The translations under genes were made by a program, and so were the position numbers. A DNA stretch of 64,000 nt from Lingula anatina (lineage: Eukaryota; Animalia; Brachiopoda): the NCBI GenBank assembly GCA_051362555.1, contig CM120645.1, positions 16,368,001 to 16,432,000 on the forward strand, read 5' to 3'. A model generated the notes under the pieces. That model was given only the letters and a program-made list of their open reading frames with translations. It had not been told where the DNA came from and did no database searches. Every line of letters begins with the position of its first letter. Positions within the stretch are counted from its first letter, which is position 1. Positions 24,528 to 36,358 of this stretch are shown here, piece by piece.

Positions 24528-25064
24528 GTGTGTACATTCTTCAGTAGTTGACTTGATATTTTAATTACAATACCTTTAGAATCTACAATGTAAAAGATAG
24601 GCCTCAAATAATGTAGTCACAATAGTAAATGTCGCATTATGGTTGTTTTCGTGTGTTTGCGAATGTGTGTGTGTGTATGTGAGTGTTTGTGTGTGTTTAT
24701 ACTCTAGTTTGCGTCATGAAACTATATGACAATATTACATAATGCACTGAAATGACGAGATGATTTGTGAATGGTTATGTTCCTTAAGAACTTAAAACAT
24801 ACGTGTATATGTTTACGATACAAATGTGGGATTTGAGTATCCACGCAAGTTTTTGCATAAAAAGAAAGATATATACAATACCTTTTCCAATCTTGGAATT
24901 TGAGAGTGTTTTGCCTCTAAATATAAGCAAAGCCTCTCTTTTAGTTCATGTAGATCTTCAATATCGTCAGTGTTTATATCTAAACCATCGCAAATACGAT
25001 AGCCTTCCTCGAAGTCGTTCAAAGACTCGATGATGTCTGGGGTTATGTCACTTACGTTAGCCAT
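2989..25064 (-). CDS. Multi-exon gene: mitofusin/bacterial dynamin-like GTPase fused to a C-terminal degenerate protein kinase (DSTYK-like architecture); 3' end not found in window
   Basis: join complement(24882-25064, 19211-19427, 16748-17046, 16382-16528, 4879-5207, 3419-4627, 2989-3268). All introns are GT-AG with compatible phases (0,1,0,0,2,2), giving 2664 nt = 888 open codons. Motifs: G1 GETSSGKS, G3 DSPG, G4 NRWD, G5-like FTLSAK, a hydrophobic segment, kinase ISVK and LHKNGLVCMDL. Confidence 0.85.
3419..4627 (-). CDS. Coding exon 6: helical stalk, hydrophobic hairpin (IALGLFSPIILPIGALGMLLASPAFFFV) and kinase N-lobe
   Basis: 1209-nt open exon within ORF 3403..4641; acceptor tttag|, donor AG|gtgtgt; degenerate Gly-loop CEGNWTEVF, ISVK lysine, EEV alphaC glutamate. 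Confidence 0.9.
4879..5207 (-). CDS. Coding exon 5: G4 (FVCNRWD) and G5-like (FTLSAK) motifs
   Basis: Acceptor tttctttag|, donor CG|gtgtgt; 329 nt; overlaps ORF 4869..5198. Confidence 0.9.
6727..6879. repeat. Short palindromic MITE-like element with a perfect 21-bp inner stem
   Basis: Outer IR GTTCACATGGA/TCCATGTGAAC; inner IR CGCGGTATCTTGTGATCACGG (6770-6790) / CCGTGATCACAAGATACCGCG (6816-6836). Confidence 0.65.
8280..8482 (+). mobile_element. ~210-bp dispersed MITE-like repeat, copy 1
   Basis: Homologous to 54369-54583 (same orientation) and 55916-56130 (inverted); internal IR GATCGATCTA/TAGATCGATC. Confidence 0.8.
12265..12590. repeat. Tandem repeat, ~146-bp unit, about 2.2 copies
   Basis: GTAACATTTGAACACGT recurs at ~12269 and ~12415, with a degenerate copy at ~12560. 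Confidence 0.75.
12630..12704 (+). mobile_element. Right-end fragment of the Harbinger MITE family
   Basis: Matches 35372-35442, ending CCGGTTGTGACCGAGGCT. Confidence 0.75.
13054..13337. mobile_element. ~280-bp MITE (CCCGCACGAAAACGCAGTAG TIR), copy 1
   Basis: TIR pair at both ends; homologous to 34697-34966. Confidence 0.8.
16382..16528 (-). CDS. Coding exon 4: G3 motif (SGVYIIDSPGIGE...GGVQEDR)
   Basis: Acceptor cccttag|, donor AGG|gtaagt; 147 nt, phase 0/0; DSPG motif. Confidence 0.9.
16748..17046 (-). CDS. Coding exon 3: G1 P-loop (GETSSGKSTLLNLLLG) and G2 region (SCTAAIT)
   Basis: Acceptor ttcaag|, donor AAG|gtaatg; 299 nt; dynamin-family P-loop. Confidence 0.9.
17314..18928. mobile_element. 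Tc1-derived foldback element with ~550-bp inverted arms, flanked by (TA)n on both sides
   Basis: Termini TAACATTGGTCAAAAAGGTTGTCCCA / TGGGACAACCTTTTTGACCAATGTTA. Both arms carry a decayed Tc1 transposase C-terminus; the right arm reads SPDINRTEHLW...EWDYIPQNRI...LSRRLQEIIAVRG. Confidence 0.85.
19211..19427 (-). CDS. Coding exon 2 (AADVFAELRE...NCPILVA-G), strand preceding the P-loop
   Basis: Acceptor tctgtag|, donor CAG|gtagga; 217 nt open, phase 1 joins exon 3 to form CPILVAGETSSGKS. Not present in the ORF track. Confidence 0.85.
20262..20492. mobile_element. Truncated poly-C/poly-G MITE (GGCGGATCCAGG-type terminus)
   Basis: Starts GAGGCGGATCCAGGATT, followed by long C and G runs, ending GGGGGTCAGGACCC. 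Confidence 0.5.
20614..21620 (+). pseudogene. Degenerate Tc1 transposase
   Basis: HTH region IARQLNVSQGAVSNVL...RPGRPKVTTRREDR; DDE region FTDEAGF, FILQDDNARPHHA, LPWP...NSIENLW; broken by frameshifts and stops. Confidence 0.9.
22162..23753. mobile_element. Non-autonomous Kolobok-like element nested in the Academ-like element
   Basis: TTAA on both sides; TIR GGTAGATCGGTCGTTAC / GTAACGACCGATCTACC; GG terminus rather than the piggyBac CCC. Confidence 0.8.
23115..23730. repeat. Three tandem ~210-bp subterminal repeats inside the Kolobok-like element
   Basis: TTTCCCATTGATTTGAATGGGGA...GGCGTAGTTCTCTTATTTGGTC recurs at ~23150, ~23363 and ~23570. Confidence 0.85.
24481..24527. repeat. (TTA)n microsatellite
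   Basis: Direct reading. Confidence 0.95.
24882..25064 (-). CDS. Coding exon 1 (MANVSDITPD...IPRLEK) of the dynamin-like/kinase gene
   Basis: ATG at 25064, upstream acceptor ttttag at 25115, donor AAG|gtattg, phase 0 matching the next exon; acidic helical N-terminus. Confidence 0.65.
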
Positions 25065-25734
25065 TGCTGCTAACGCCTCATATCTCGAAGAATTAGGTGT
25101 TTTCAATTATTTACCTAAAATGATAAAGCGTTTAAATAGGTCCGTGTTTAAAAGAGAAAATGTACTATTATCTGTGTCTAAATTAGATTAAAAGATTTAT
25201 ACACCTCCCCCTGGACTTGAGAAGAATACAAAAACGCTGGTGATTATACAAGCACGTTAGAGACAAGAGTAAGGCATGTTTATCTGTTTATCTCTTTACC
25301 TGATTGCATTCAACAAGTAGCCCCGCGAAGTTGGTTCGAAATACCTAGAATGATAGTTTCATTTTGATCGCCCCTAAAATAGCTGATTTCAGCTATTCAG
25401 TTCAGTTCTGTGAAAACCTGATGGTATAAACTGTCAGTTTTATCCATGAATCAATTTGATGCATATTACAGTTTGTCACTACAAAGTTTTATATTTACAG
25501 ATATGTGGTCTGGGTCATATCCCCCACCTTGTAAATGTCATTTCATGGTAAATGCCTGCTTAAGATAGTTGATAATTTATTAACAATTTACGTCCAATAA
25601 CAGTTTTATTATGCACTTTATGCAACACCTTGGAGCACAGCATACATAAATGTTTGTTTTAAACCCCAGTCTTGATGAGGTCTCTGTTGATCGAAGGTCG
25701 ACTTCCAAACGTGGGACGCGCCAGTAGGAATCAG

Positions 25735-28550
25735 GAACCACAATCGGACGCATGCGTAGGATCGTACATGTACGGCCCCTGCGAATTTTGTGTGCAATGG
25801 ACCCCATGGAGTTCGTAGAAGTAGAGGAGAGTTTGCAATGGAAAGGCGCAAGTCTACCTTGCGAGTCGCAGTGTCCATATGACAAGCAGGGACGCTAATA
25901 AGGTCGCGCGACAAGGTTATTTTCAGTTGTACCCTGGATTACGCACGCTTGCTCCGCAAGGTGTCGCCTGTGGTGGGGGGGCAGCACAGCCCATATGGTT
26001 ACTGTGGCGAAGGTGACAGGTACTTCTATTTTCTACAGGCGTTTTGTAATTTTATCAACTTGATTGCCAAGTGCCAGACCTTTTCTTCCCAGGTACTAGT
26101 AGCAAACTTTATCAGATAACAATCTGACACTAGCCAAGCTGCACTAAAAGCGCTGTAAACTCAGTTATCAATGCTGTCATCTTTACCTGTATCTTTACCG
26201 CTATTATGCCAGTGGTACGTTTGATACATTTGAGTAAGGAAATATGCTTTAATGCTTATGAAGATGTTCATTTGTAATACGTTAGCATCAACCTGTTAAT
26301 AAAAACTTGGAAACTTTCAATGTTATTACACAATAACAGTATAATGATGGGAGATGTTATGATTAAATGCTTAGAAGAATAATAAAAACAAATTATGTGA
26401 AATATAAAATGAATTGATTTTATTTGGGTTATTTATTTTTTTATTTCAAACCAATTAATTATCAAACATGAAGCTTATTTTTAGAAACATTCGCAGATAT
26501 ATGAAATATAACCCTGCTGGTACACAGATCTACAGTTCTAAAATGCAAATACCAAGTACCTTTCACACACCACTGATGAGATGTGAATAATCATATGTAT
26601 AAAGTAGTAAAAATATCACAAAATGTGTGTAAGCAAGATATTTCTGCAAGTAACCTCATTAATCAGTCAGGAAACTTCATAATGCACCCAATAAATGTAG
26701 AAATTTGAGCCAGAGAAATTCTACATACAGGCATGACAGATTTACCATGTATTGCCACCAACCCTTAACTGAATGGGGATTGAAAGAACAAAGTGAGTCT
26801 CCCTCCCATTAAAAATGAAAAATAAAAATAAACAAATAAAAAACAGATACTGTCATTCTTAATACTGAAAAACAATGGCACCTTGCAGCCTTCACTGCCT
26901 CACTATTTGCAGACAATGTTCTAGTCACTGTAACTGTGTACTTTTGAGGCATAGATGCAAGAATAACTTCTTTGAAGTATATTGTGAAGGTCTCTTTTGT
27001 CATAAATCTGCCATGTATAACCTGAATGTACAACGATTCACACCGCAGCAGCTTGTCTTAGTAAGGACTCAACCAGTTTGAAAACTTGTGGCATAGCTTC
27101 AGGGACAAGATCACACCATCTATCCTTGCTGTGATGATGGATCTACTAGTACATTATCTATGTCTTGTCCTCCTAGTTTCTCTAATACCATTTCCCCTGA
27201 TCTATGCTCACATCAATCTCTACAGCTTTACCAACTGCTACACAGTTTTTACATCTGAAAATATAAAGCAAATTTGTAATAAAGCACTATCAATTTACTT
27301 GTTAGATATTGATTTGAGGGCAAGAGAAAAATGCAGAAACCTCATATCATAATCAAGATAATTGAAAATCCAATATGCATAATCAAATTAATAGCTTTAA
27401 TTGTACATACTACTGATAATTTAATCTTTTAAACTTCAGCATAAATTTCTCTTGTTAAAGCATAGCCACTTTATCAAAATGTGTTTGAAAAAATAATAAT
27501 AATAATGATAACAAAAATAAACAACCTGCACACAAGATGGAACATGGAGGTCAATTGCCACAAAATAAGTTGATTTGTACTTGGTAGCCTGAGAAATAGT
27601 ATCAGGTATTAATTTGAGCAGTAAATTGAGTAATAATACCACAGAGTTAACAATGACACAAGCATATGGTGTTGTGTAACAAAATTCATGCATTACTTGC
27701 TGTGGCAGTGTCCTCCTCAACCTATCGTGCACCGCAGGTTTTGATTTTCAATGTCATCAAAAAGTTTTATTGTTGTTAGTTTGATTTATGTATCTGCTAT
27801 TCAAATAATATCCTTTGGAAAATAACTTACTGCTTTAATTATGCTTTTGCAACATGAAATCATCAGTAACTTTGCCGGTTCACGTGTATACAGTACCTTG
27901 TTATCAGTGCTGCTCTTTTCTCCCCAACTCGCCACTGACAGGCTAACCACATCGTTTCAAAACAACGTTGGTATGCTCCTTTACTTTTGGTGTTGGCAGT
28001 TTCGCCCTGGGGACATCGTTTTTGGTTAAAAACAACGTATCGTTTTCACCCATCTTTGCTTTGCTCGTGTACAAAATGGCCGCTTGCTGCCCCCCAAGGG
28101 AAAAATCGTAGCACGTGGGTTTTTACGCAAGACCTGTGACGTATAACGCGCGCAAGGTTATTGCATGGTGCAATGTACTCGTTTCTTGAGTTTGTCTGAC
28201 TTCCTGCGTACATGGCACGCACTCACCATTTAAGAAGAGAATACTACTCCTGGCGAAATAAATTTCCTTTTGCTTCACATTTGCCTCACACGCTTGTATT
28301 GCTGTACCTTGTACTGACCGCATTGTAATTTTTGCCTCCTGTTCCCCCTTCTTTCTTTTTCCTCCATTCTTTTCTGTTCACTTAGCTTCTTTCCCTTGCC
28401 CTTTGCTTAATTGAGCAAATTTCGAAATTTTCGAAATGATGTAGGCCTACACGAGGCACATGCGACGTTATTTGTCGAGACACGAGCGTGCATCGTTAGC
28501 TTCTGCCGTGCTTTCGACTTTGTTCGTTAGCTGTGAGGGCGTACGTCGTA
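25735..28550 (+). mobile_element. Old Harbinger-family MITE copy split by a 2.2-kb insertion
   Basis: 25735-25905 matches 34295-34450 (CTTGCGAGTCGCA...CAGGGACGCTAAT). 28165-28550 matches 34465-34520 and 35010-35190. Confidence 0.7.
25922..28162 (-). mobile_element. 2.2-kb insertion bounded by direct repeats; possible decayed Crypton (tyrosine recombinase) element
   Basis: Direct repeat CGCGCG(A)CAAGGTTATT at both ends and subterminal IR GGGGGGCAGCA/TGCTGCCCCCC. Minus-strand relic motifs RCTFRLY...KRP, VGGNT and LINEVTCRN occur in DUF3504-like order. Family assignment is weak. Confidence 0.45.
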
Positions 28551-30719
28551 CGTCTCTACAACCAAGACAGCTATTCAAGTGATTAAAAAGGCCTCATAAA
28601 GCTGGGTGAAAGCACTTCAGCGCGGTACCAGGGAATTGTCTTACACTATTTACTTTTGATTTTATCATCTTTTACATGTACGTTAAATTACCCCATATTT
28701 CAATGGGTTATTCACTTCAAAAGACAATAACTTTCAAACAAACAATTTCCTCTTAAACCCCTGACATCATGCTGTAGTCCACATTCCCAACAACAATAGG
28801 TGCAACTTTTGTAACGATCGGTTGCTCAGATAGTGAGATATAATTGGCAGCGATTCACTTATCTCGTCAATATAGAAAGCTGTTAAAACAGCCAAAAACG
28901 TTCACAGGTTGGTTAACAGAGCTTATTAGTCAAATGCTTAGCTGGCAAATTTACGTGTTATCGGTTATACGATCAGATGGAACCATTGCTCATTGTCATC
29001 TAAAAATATTTTGTTTGGGAGCTCTGAAAGGTGCTTTTGTTACATTTTCCGACCACTCGTTAGGCTTGTAAGCGTGCCGCCATTTTGATAGACAGCTCTG
29101 GAGAGGGCCCTAGCCTAGTGATGCCCAGTAGGGTGTCAAGGATATGTAGAAGGAAGCGCTAACAAAGGCGATTACGTTTAACCGCAATTAAGAGGTGTGA
29201 AGTTGCATTTGAACGTTTCAATGGGTCTCCCTCGGCAATCGAGCAATTTTACCTGAGAGTTTCTTTTTCTGTTATCGGCAAAGTGATCAGATAAAACTGG
29301 GTGACAGTAGTAGTTCTTAACTGATTATCCTGGTAACTGTGAACTCGGGGGTTGGGGGGGTTATTAATTTTTTCAAGAAGTCTTTTTGTGATTTTTATTT
29401 TGGGTACATTTTGAACTCTTTCTTCCCGCTTGATCTGTGGTTTTGACATTGTTTTTCTCCAAACATCGCAAAATGCAAGTTAACATGCGTTTTTATTTTC
29501 ATTGTTATTTTTTTAATCATGCTGTCGATCCTTGCTTGGATTTCTCTCATTTGGTCATTCACATTAATATTTTGTGTGTCTCTAAAGCTCCTTGATTTCA
29601 TTTATCGGAGAATAAAATTACATTTGTCAACATTAGTTTTTACCTTCTACAAACGGCGTCCAACAATCATTTCCAGTTTCGTAACGTGTTGCAGATACGA
29701 TCGCCGATATATATCGCCAAAATAAAGAGCTAGGCTAAAAGTATCGTTTCTAGCTTTTTTTCTTTTAGTAATGAATTTTTTGTACAAATGCATTTCTCAA
29801 TTAATTTAGATGATTCGATTTAGTCTTTCACCCATTTATTAGGTATACATAAAGAAAAAAGAAAGACGAATGATATTAAACATTTCATGATGCTTTTAAT
29901 TGAGCTGTACATGCGCCAATGGCTGTAACTGTCTTTCGGACTTTTAACACGAACTTTTCTCTTCCCCATAGCGTACTCGAATTCTTCACTGCTAAGCTGA
30001 TGTAAAGCTACTCTTACAACCGGTCGTGCGTGCTTCTACGAGCGGTTTGCGTGCAAAAAATTGGCCTTTTTTGATTAACAGAAACACACGAAAAACTCAA
30101 AAACATTATTTTAAGCGTAGTTAACCCTATTACCGGCCTTACGTAACAATCTAGGTCAAATTAACCAACGAATAACGGCACAATATAACCTAGCATTATA
30201 TGGGTACGTTGGCCTAGTTTGAGAGTGATTTGGTGGCTGTTCCTAGACCCTTGCTGTTTCATTTATAATTCTTACGCGCAAAGTCCGAGTTTTTGTTGCA
30301 CAACGTTCATGCCTGTATGTCTAAAAGTGTTAAGTGCCAGTTTTTTTAAGCACCAGACAAGTGCGGCAAGGTGGGGGTTCACAGAATTTGACCTTATTGG
30401 GCTGAAATACTTGCCTGAGGACCCTTTTAACTTCTGCCAAATGTTATGCCATAAAACTGTATTTCAGGGGATTTATGCCCAATTTTCTGTTTTTCCAGCT
30501 TTCGAAGCATATTTTCAGTTATCATACACGTCACTCATATATATGCTTATTATACTCTTATCTAGTAATATATTTACTATGTTTATGTATGATGTATTTT
30601 GTTGATCAATATTCTTCCCCCCAAGACATTCAAACTAAAAATATAACCCACCTTGTCCACACTGTACCCACTTTTTTTACCCCACCCCCCAAAACTAAGT
30701 TTACGCATGGCGATTTTCA

Positions 30720-31931
30720 GAGGGTCATATACCCACTAGTAGAGGCCCTATGGCTGTCAAACCTGTATGGGTTTGTAAAGGAACATTAAAAATATAAAGT
30801 ACAAAGGAGATCCTCGTGGCCTTTTCTTTTGTTGGCGATATATTTTAATATTTAAATATCCGAAAATTGTAAAATTTGGATGGGTGTTGCTCTTGTCTTG
30901 GCCAGTAATACCTGCTCAATTACTCTAATCACGGCAGAATTGAACAATAGACTTTACAAGAATAGGCAATTGCCCTATAACAGAGCCTACCTTTGGGATT
31001 TAAACCGTCATATTCATATTTTGATGACTTGTGATAGAAATTTATGTAGCTTTGGTCAAGACATAAACCCTTTTCAACCTGCTACTTGGCCTCAAGTTTT
31101 TACCCTTTGCTCAATAGCTTCCATCTGGATTGTACACCTGGGAATGGTATTCCCTGTAACACTATAGCTTACAAATTTAATTAAAAATATTTTTAGCCTA
31201 ATAAATTTAATTATTCAGAAAATAAAACGACAAAAAAACCCACATTTTTCTTACATTTAATCATATAAAGAAAACTGTATTCCTTCAACATTTCTTTTGA
31301 TCTACTACTTCAACAATTATTGGACACAAGTGGGCACCAATCACACACACAGCTTTTAATCAATCAACAATGTTTCATAATGCATAATCATCTCTTTATT
31401 GGATCTTTAAAGTTTAAGTATAAATAAGCAAATTATTTGGAAGTGTAGCAAACAATTCAAATCTTCATACTGGAAAATATTTATTACCAATAACTTAATA
31501 AATGGGTGGAAGGCATTGTAACTGCCATTCAAGACTACTCCTGTCACCCTTAACTGAATAAGACACCGACAAAGTTTTGACTCAAGATTTAAGTGAATGT
31601 TTCAAAAAAAAAGTAAGGTTGATTTTCATTCTACAAAAACATCAAAGTAATGTAAATCTATATTATCCAACTGAATCCCCTTCCTGAGAAGAATGAAGAA
31701 ATAAGTTGAACTTCTGTAACAGTGTAATTCATGGATTATTTTGCACTACTCAGGACCAGGAACATATTGCTGCTTCTAAATATTTAAGTCAAACTGATCT
31801 TTTGCTCCTAGGAATAAAAATATGATATTCCATATCAATATCTCAGTAAGATCTTATCCCATTGAAAGGTGGCATTCACGGATATCTTCAGTAAAATGAA
31901 ACAGAAAAAAGCAGACATGATCCTAGGTTTC

Positions 31932-31962
<31 letters not shown>

Positions 31963-33712
31963 AAGAACTCCGAACATTTATCATGGGACTCAACACCTAA
32001 GCGTCCAGAGGTCCAGGACACCTTGAATTGAATTAAAAAATGCGGAATTCCACGTTTCTGGGGCAAAAATTCATGTCTGAAAAGCTCCTTGTAAAAAAAA
32101 GTCACCGAAAAGTGTCAGTTTTCATCATTTAATGAAGCTCCCATAAATTACTGTCCTTCCTTATGGGGGATCTCCTTGCTACTTGCTTGGATCATCATGG
32201 CTGACATTAGCTATCTGTCAGGTCATTGGTGTCCTTCAACTGTAGATACAAATACTTGTTCAAAGTAGATAAACATCAAAAATACATTTCAGTCTGTTGG
32301 GCAGTAAGTCAATCCTCTTCACAAAACTTCTTTTTCGGGTGCTTGGATTAATCACTTTATTTTCTTTGCCATATATCTGATTCCTGGCTGCTCTTTCTGA
32401 CCAGTCTCCAAACATCTTCTAGCTAAAATAACAACAAAAATTTATTCTTTAATCTACTGAATGGTTTTAATTTTCAACCAACAAAATTTAACATGAAACC
32501 CCATTTTAGGCTACAACTAAGCTTTATTTCATATATATATATATATATATATAATTCATGTAATTGTGATATGATTGTTACTCTTTTAATCACAAGCAAT
32601 GACCTACAAAAGCAGTATTATTTAGTTGTGAGGGTTCTGTAACTTGTTGCTCTTACAAACAAAAAAGTTTACACTGCTGACATGTACAGTACAAAACATA
32701 AGCTCTTTTCACTATATGTAATATTTAACAAATTTGCTGTGGTTCTGAGGGTCAGAGATAGCAGTATTTAGATGATGACTTAGCTTCACTTGTCTAATTA
32801 CTATGCATATTTAATTCAAACAACACAGATATCATACCATTATCAACCTTCCGTCTGTATGTAAATTCGGTGTGTTAATTAATTATAAAGATGTGACGAA
32901 TGTCAACTTTTTAATTACCTGGGCCCAACCAACTGAATATCTTGGCTTTGTCTTGATAAAAATTTGAATACACTGACTGTTCATGAAAGCTCCCGCTTGG
33001 TCCGAGCAAGGAAAGTCCTACAATAATAACTTGGTCCGAAGAAGTAGTTGACGTGTTCTTGCAGCTCCCCAAAGGATCCATAGCATGTGACGATGCGCTG
33101 GACACACGACTGAATCGAGCTCACTCTCCATTTCCTCTGATGATGACACTGCCTCTCATTAGCCTCTCACACTGCATGTAACTTTTAGCATCGGGAGGTG
33201 ACCCCAATCATCTTAGTCGTATCTCCTGAGTATCGCACAACCTTTCCGTCTTTGTAACGGTCTACAGAACAACAAAGTATACGCTCTGCTGCTTGAAATT
33301 CGGAAAATCTGCAGTGCATTCATCGCACGTCTTCCACCACTGCTACTTGAAACTGTCATGACCGCCTACACGAATTTAGTTTCGAATGCATGTTAACCCC
33401 CGTATTTGAACTTAGCATATACTAATTATCCAGGAATCAATAAATAAAAACTACAGAAGACTATTTCAGTTAATTAGTCCCTAACTAACGTTGAAATTAA
33501 CTTAAACATCCTTGTATGCAAATCGAAACTGTGGGAAGCAAAAATGCTTTACGATAATGTAGCCAGAAAATAGAAGAATTTGCGTCGCTGTTGCAAAATT
33601 TGTAGGCAAAAGGCCACGCCAGTGTTTTAATTTATGGTAGGCCCCTTGTCCATATTTTCAGTAAATATCAGTGAAATTATCTAAGGTGCTCTACTAGTGG
33701 AGATATAAGGCT
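30720..33712 (-). mobile_element. Decayed DNA transposon with imperfect TIRs and transposase relics
   Basis: IR CCACTAGTAGAG (~30736) / CTCTACTAGTGG (~33689) and CGTGGCCTTTT/AAAAGGCCACG. Minus-strand relic ETGQKEQP...EED*LTAQQTEMYF*CLS at 32270-32420. Confidence 0.55.
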
Positions 33713-34287
33713 ATTGACAGGGTGGGTATCTGCGGCAGTCATCAAGTGACCTCAAATAACCTCGGTAGTTTGTAACCATAGCAACGGATTTATGATATAA
33801 ATCTCTGTCGTTATAAAGATTATATATCCATCTTTCAATTTTGGTATTGACCGAAGTAATGAGTTGATCACTTGATGCACATTTGTGAAGCAAACTTCGG
33901 TGAAAAATACACCACTCACACAGCTGAAAAGTGAGACGGGAGCCACGCGAGGCAGTGAAATATTCATGTGGCTGTATCTCGACAATAACGCAACGGAAAG
34001 CTTTAATATTTTACAGTTAAATTAAGGTCACAAAGGTGATTAACTGTGGGCAAAATGAGTGTATTCTGTGAGAACCCCACCTTGCCGCTTTTTGGCTGAT
34101 TTGCCTGGTGGTTAGAAAAACTTGCACTTAATACCTATTTTCCTAAATTGTACACTTATGTGTTATCCTATAAACTAACACCATATTCTTGCGTTCGCAC
34201 ACCTATAGTCGATTCTGAAAATACAGGCTATGCTAGCAGAATTCATATCAAATCGTCAAAAAGGAGGGGTAACGCATGCATACCTTA

Positions 34288-35442
34288 TGCCTCGGTCACA
34301 ACCGGACGCACGAATTTCAGAATCGCACGTCCTCTGCGATTTTGGGGTGTTGCGGAGGCCGTGGAGGTCGTAGAGGTAGAGGAAAGTCTGACTTGCGAGT
34401 CGCAAGGGCCACATGAGATGTCCTTTCAAACAGGGACGCTAATTGCAAGGAGCGGTGGGCGTTGAAATTGTACTCACTTCTTGAGTTTGTCTTGCTTCCT
34501 GTGTCTTTGGCACACACTCACCACTTACGAAGGGACTGCAACGCACGGCGAAAGTAGTGCCCTTTTGCGTCAGTTTTGCTTCTCACTCGCCTCACACGTT
34601 TGTGTTGACGTACTGACGGCGTACATGAGTTTTTGTTTCCTTTCTTCACCCTCCTCTTCTTCTTTCTTCTCCCTCCTCCCCTTTTTCTAATATGTACCCG
34701 CACGAAAACGAAGTAGCTACTCCAGCGCACTAGACTACTGCAATCATACTGCAAACATGCTTCAAATCTGCTTCGATGTGGGAGCTAATTAGCATATTTG
34801 AAACATGCTTCTATCATGCTGCTAATCTACTGCATTAATGCTCCTTCTCTGTACAACCCTATGTAAAGGCCATAGGCCATACTGCATTTCTACTGCAAAT
34901 ATGCTCCACACCACTACTGCGTTAATGCTTCTTTGCTACTTCGATACTACTGCATTTTCTTGCGGGTAAGCTTCTTTCTCTTGCCTTTTGGAGGTATATT
35001 AGAAACTAAATTGAGCAAAAATTTGAAAATTTTGAAAATGGTTGTACACGTTACACAGTCGATGTTCATTGTAAAGACACGAGCGTGCTTCGTGAGCACG
35101 CCTTTTATACACTAGGCGTGGGGGTGACGCACGTGCGAGGCATTCCCGGTGTGCTCTCGACTTTGTTCGTTAGTTGTGAGGGCGTGCGCCTTACTCAACA
35201 CGAAAAGGGCACTTGCTCCTTCATTGCTTGGGACGTGCGTCTTGCACAACGCGCGTCTCTCTTGCTGTTCGCAGGCTATTCGTAGAATGTTTTGGACATG
35301 TCCAACATCCTCCGCACGTGCTTTCGGGCTGTCTGCGAACTCCAAATTTCGTAAGAAGGACTCGCGTGGGACGTGAGTTTCTGCGCAAAATTTGGACGCA
35401 AACAGACCGTAAGAGCCCGTACGGCCGGTTGTGACCGAGGCT
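34288..35442 (+). mobile_element. Non-autonomous PIF/Harbinger element, copy A
   Basis: TIR GCCTCGGTCACAACCGG, TSD TTA; contains the nested MITE 34697-34966. Confidence 0.85.
34697..34966. mobile_element. ~270-bp MITE, copy 2, nested in Harbinger copy A
   Basis: TA-flanked, TIR CCCGCACGAAAA/TTTTCTTGCGGG; absent at the equivalent site of copy B. Confidence 0.85.
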
Positions 35443-35900
35443 TTAAGATGCTCTTTATTGACATTGTGTTTAGATCCATTGACCCAACCGCTTTCTCTGT
35501 CACCTTGGTTATTACTATGGCAATACAGTCGAGGTTAAGAGATTAGATAAGGCGCGTTGTACATTGAAAAGAGGGGTTTATGGCGTCATATCATATAACA
35601 GGTGTGGCAGGATTGCACGCCCTAGTAACGCAAGTCCGCCCGGACACTAAGTCCTGGAAATGCAAGTCCTAAGGCATTGGTTGCTAGGAATGGAAGTCCT
35701 AGGGCATACGTGACTAGGATTCAATGTCCGTAGGACGAAGACTCCCAAGTTATGTAAGTCGTGCGTGTAGTAATGCACGTCGTAATGGGACGTGCGTTCC
35801 AGACATTTAGTAATGCATGTCCTATATAGTTTACACCGATAAATGACATGATATAGATATAGAGATATACTAGTTTTAAAGATATAATAAAAGTTGGCTT

Positions 35901-35903
<3 letters not shown>

Positions 35904-35974
<71 letters not shown>
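35904..35974. repeat. (TA)n microsatellite
   Basis: Direct reading. Confidence 0.95.
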
Positions 35975-35977
<3 letters not shown>

Positions 35978-36358
35978 ATAGACAGTATATATATATATCC
36001 GATAGACAGTTTATATGCATATTATTGAAGTAACAAACACAATTTATTTATTTTATAAGTATTTTTCACCTAGTAAACGCAAATTTTAACATGTGTTAAC
36101 GCATACTTTTGGCGTACTCCTCCCTCGGTGCACTATATGTATGAGCCTGGTTTACCCAATATATTTTAACAAAATAAGGTACCATCCAGTGGCATTCCTT
36201 ACTCCTTTGAGGTATTTGTCTATTATTTTATGACCTTTTCTACTGGGGGTGTGCCTTTTGTGTTTTGCGTCGAAAAAATAGTTGTAATTGTAAAGAGCAC
36301 GGGATTTCGAACACATATTATACATTTAAAACACCATTATACATTTTGCTATAAGTAA

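Noticed and set aside
2989-25064. Naming the gene MFN/Marf or DSTYK
   Set aside because: The architecture differs from mitofusin (kinase fusion) and the kinase loop is non-canonical; orthology cannot be shown without a phylogeny.
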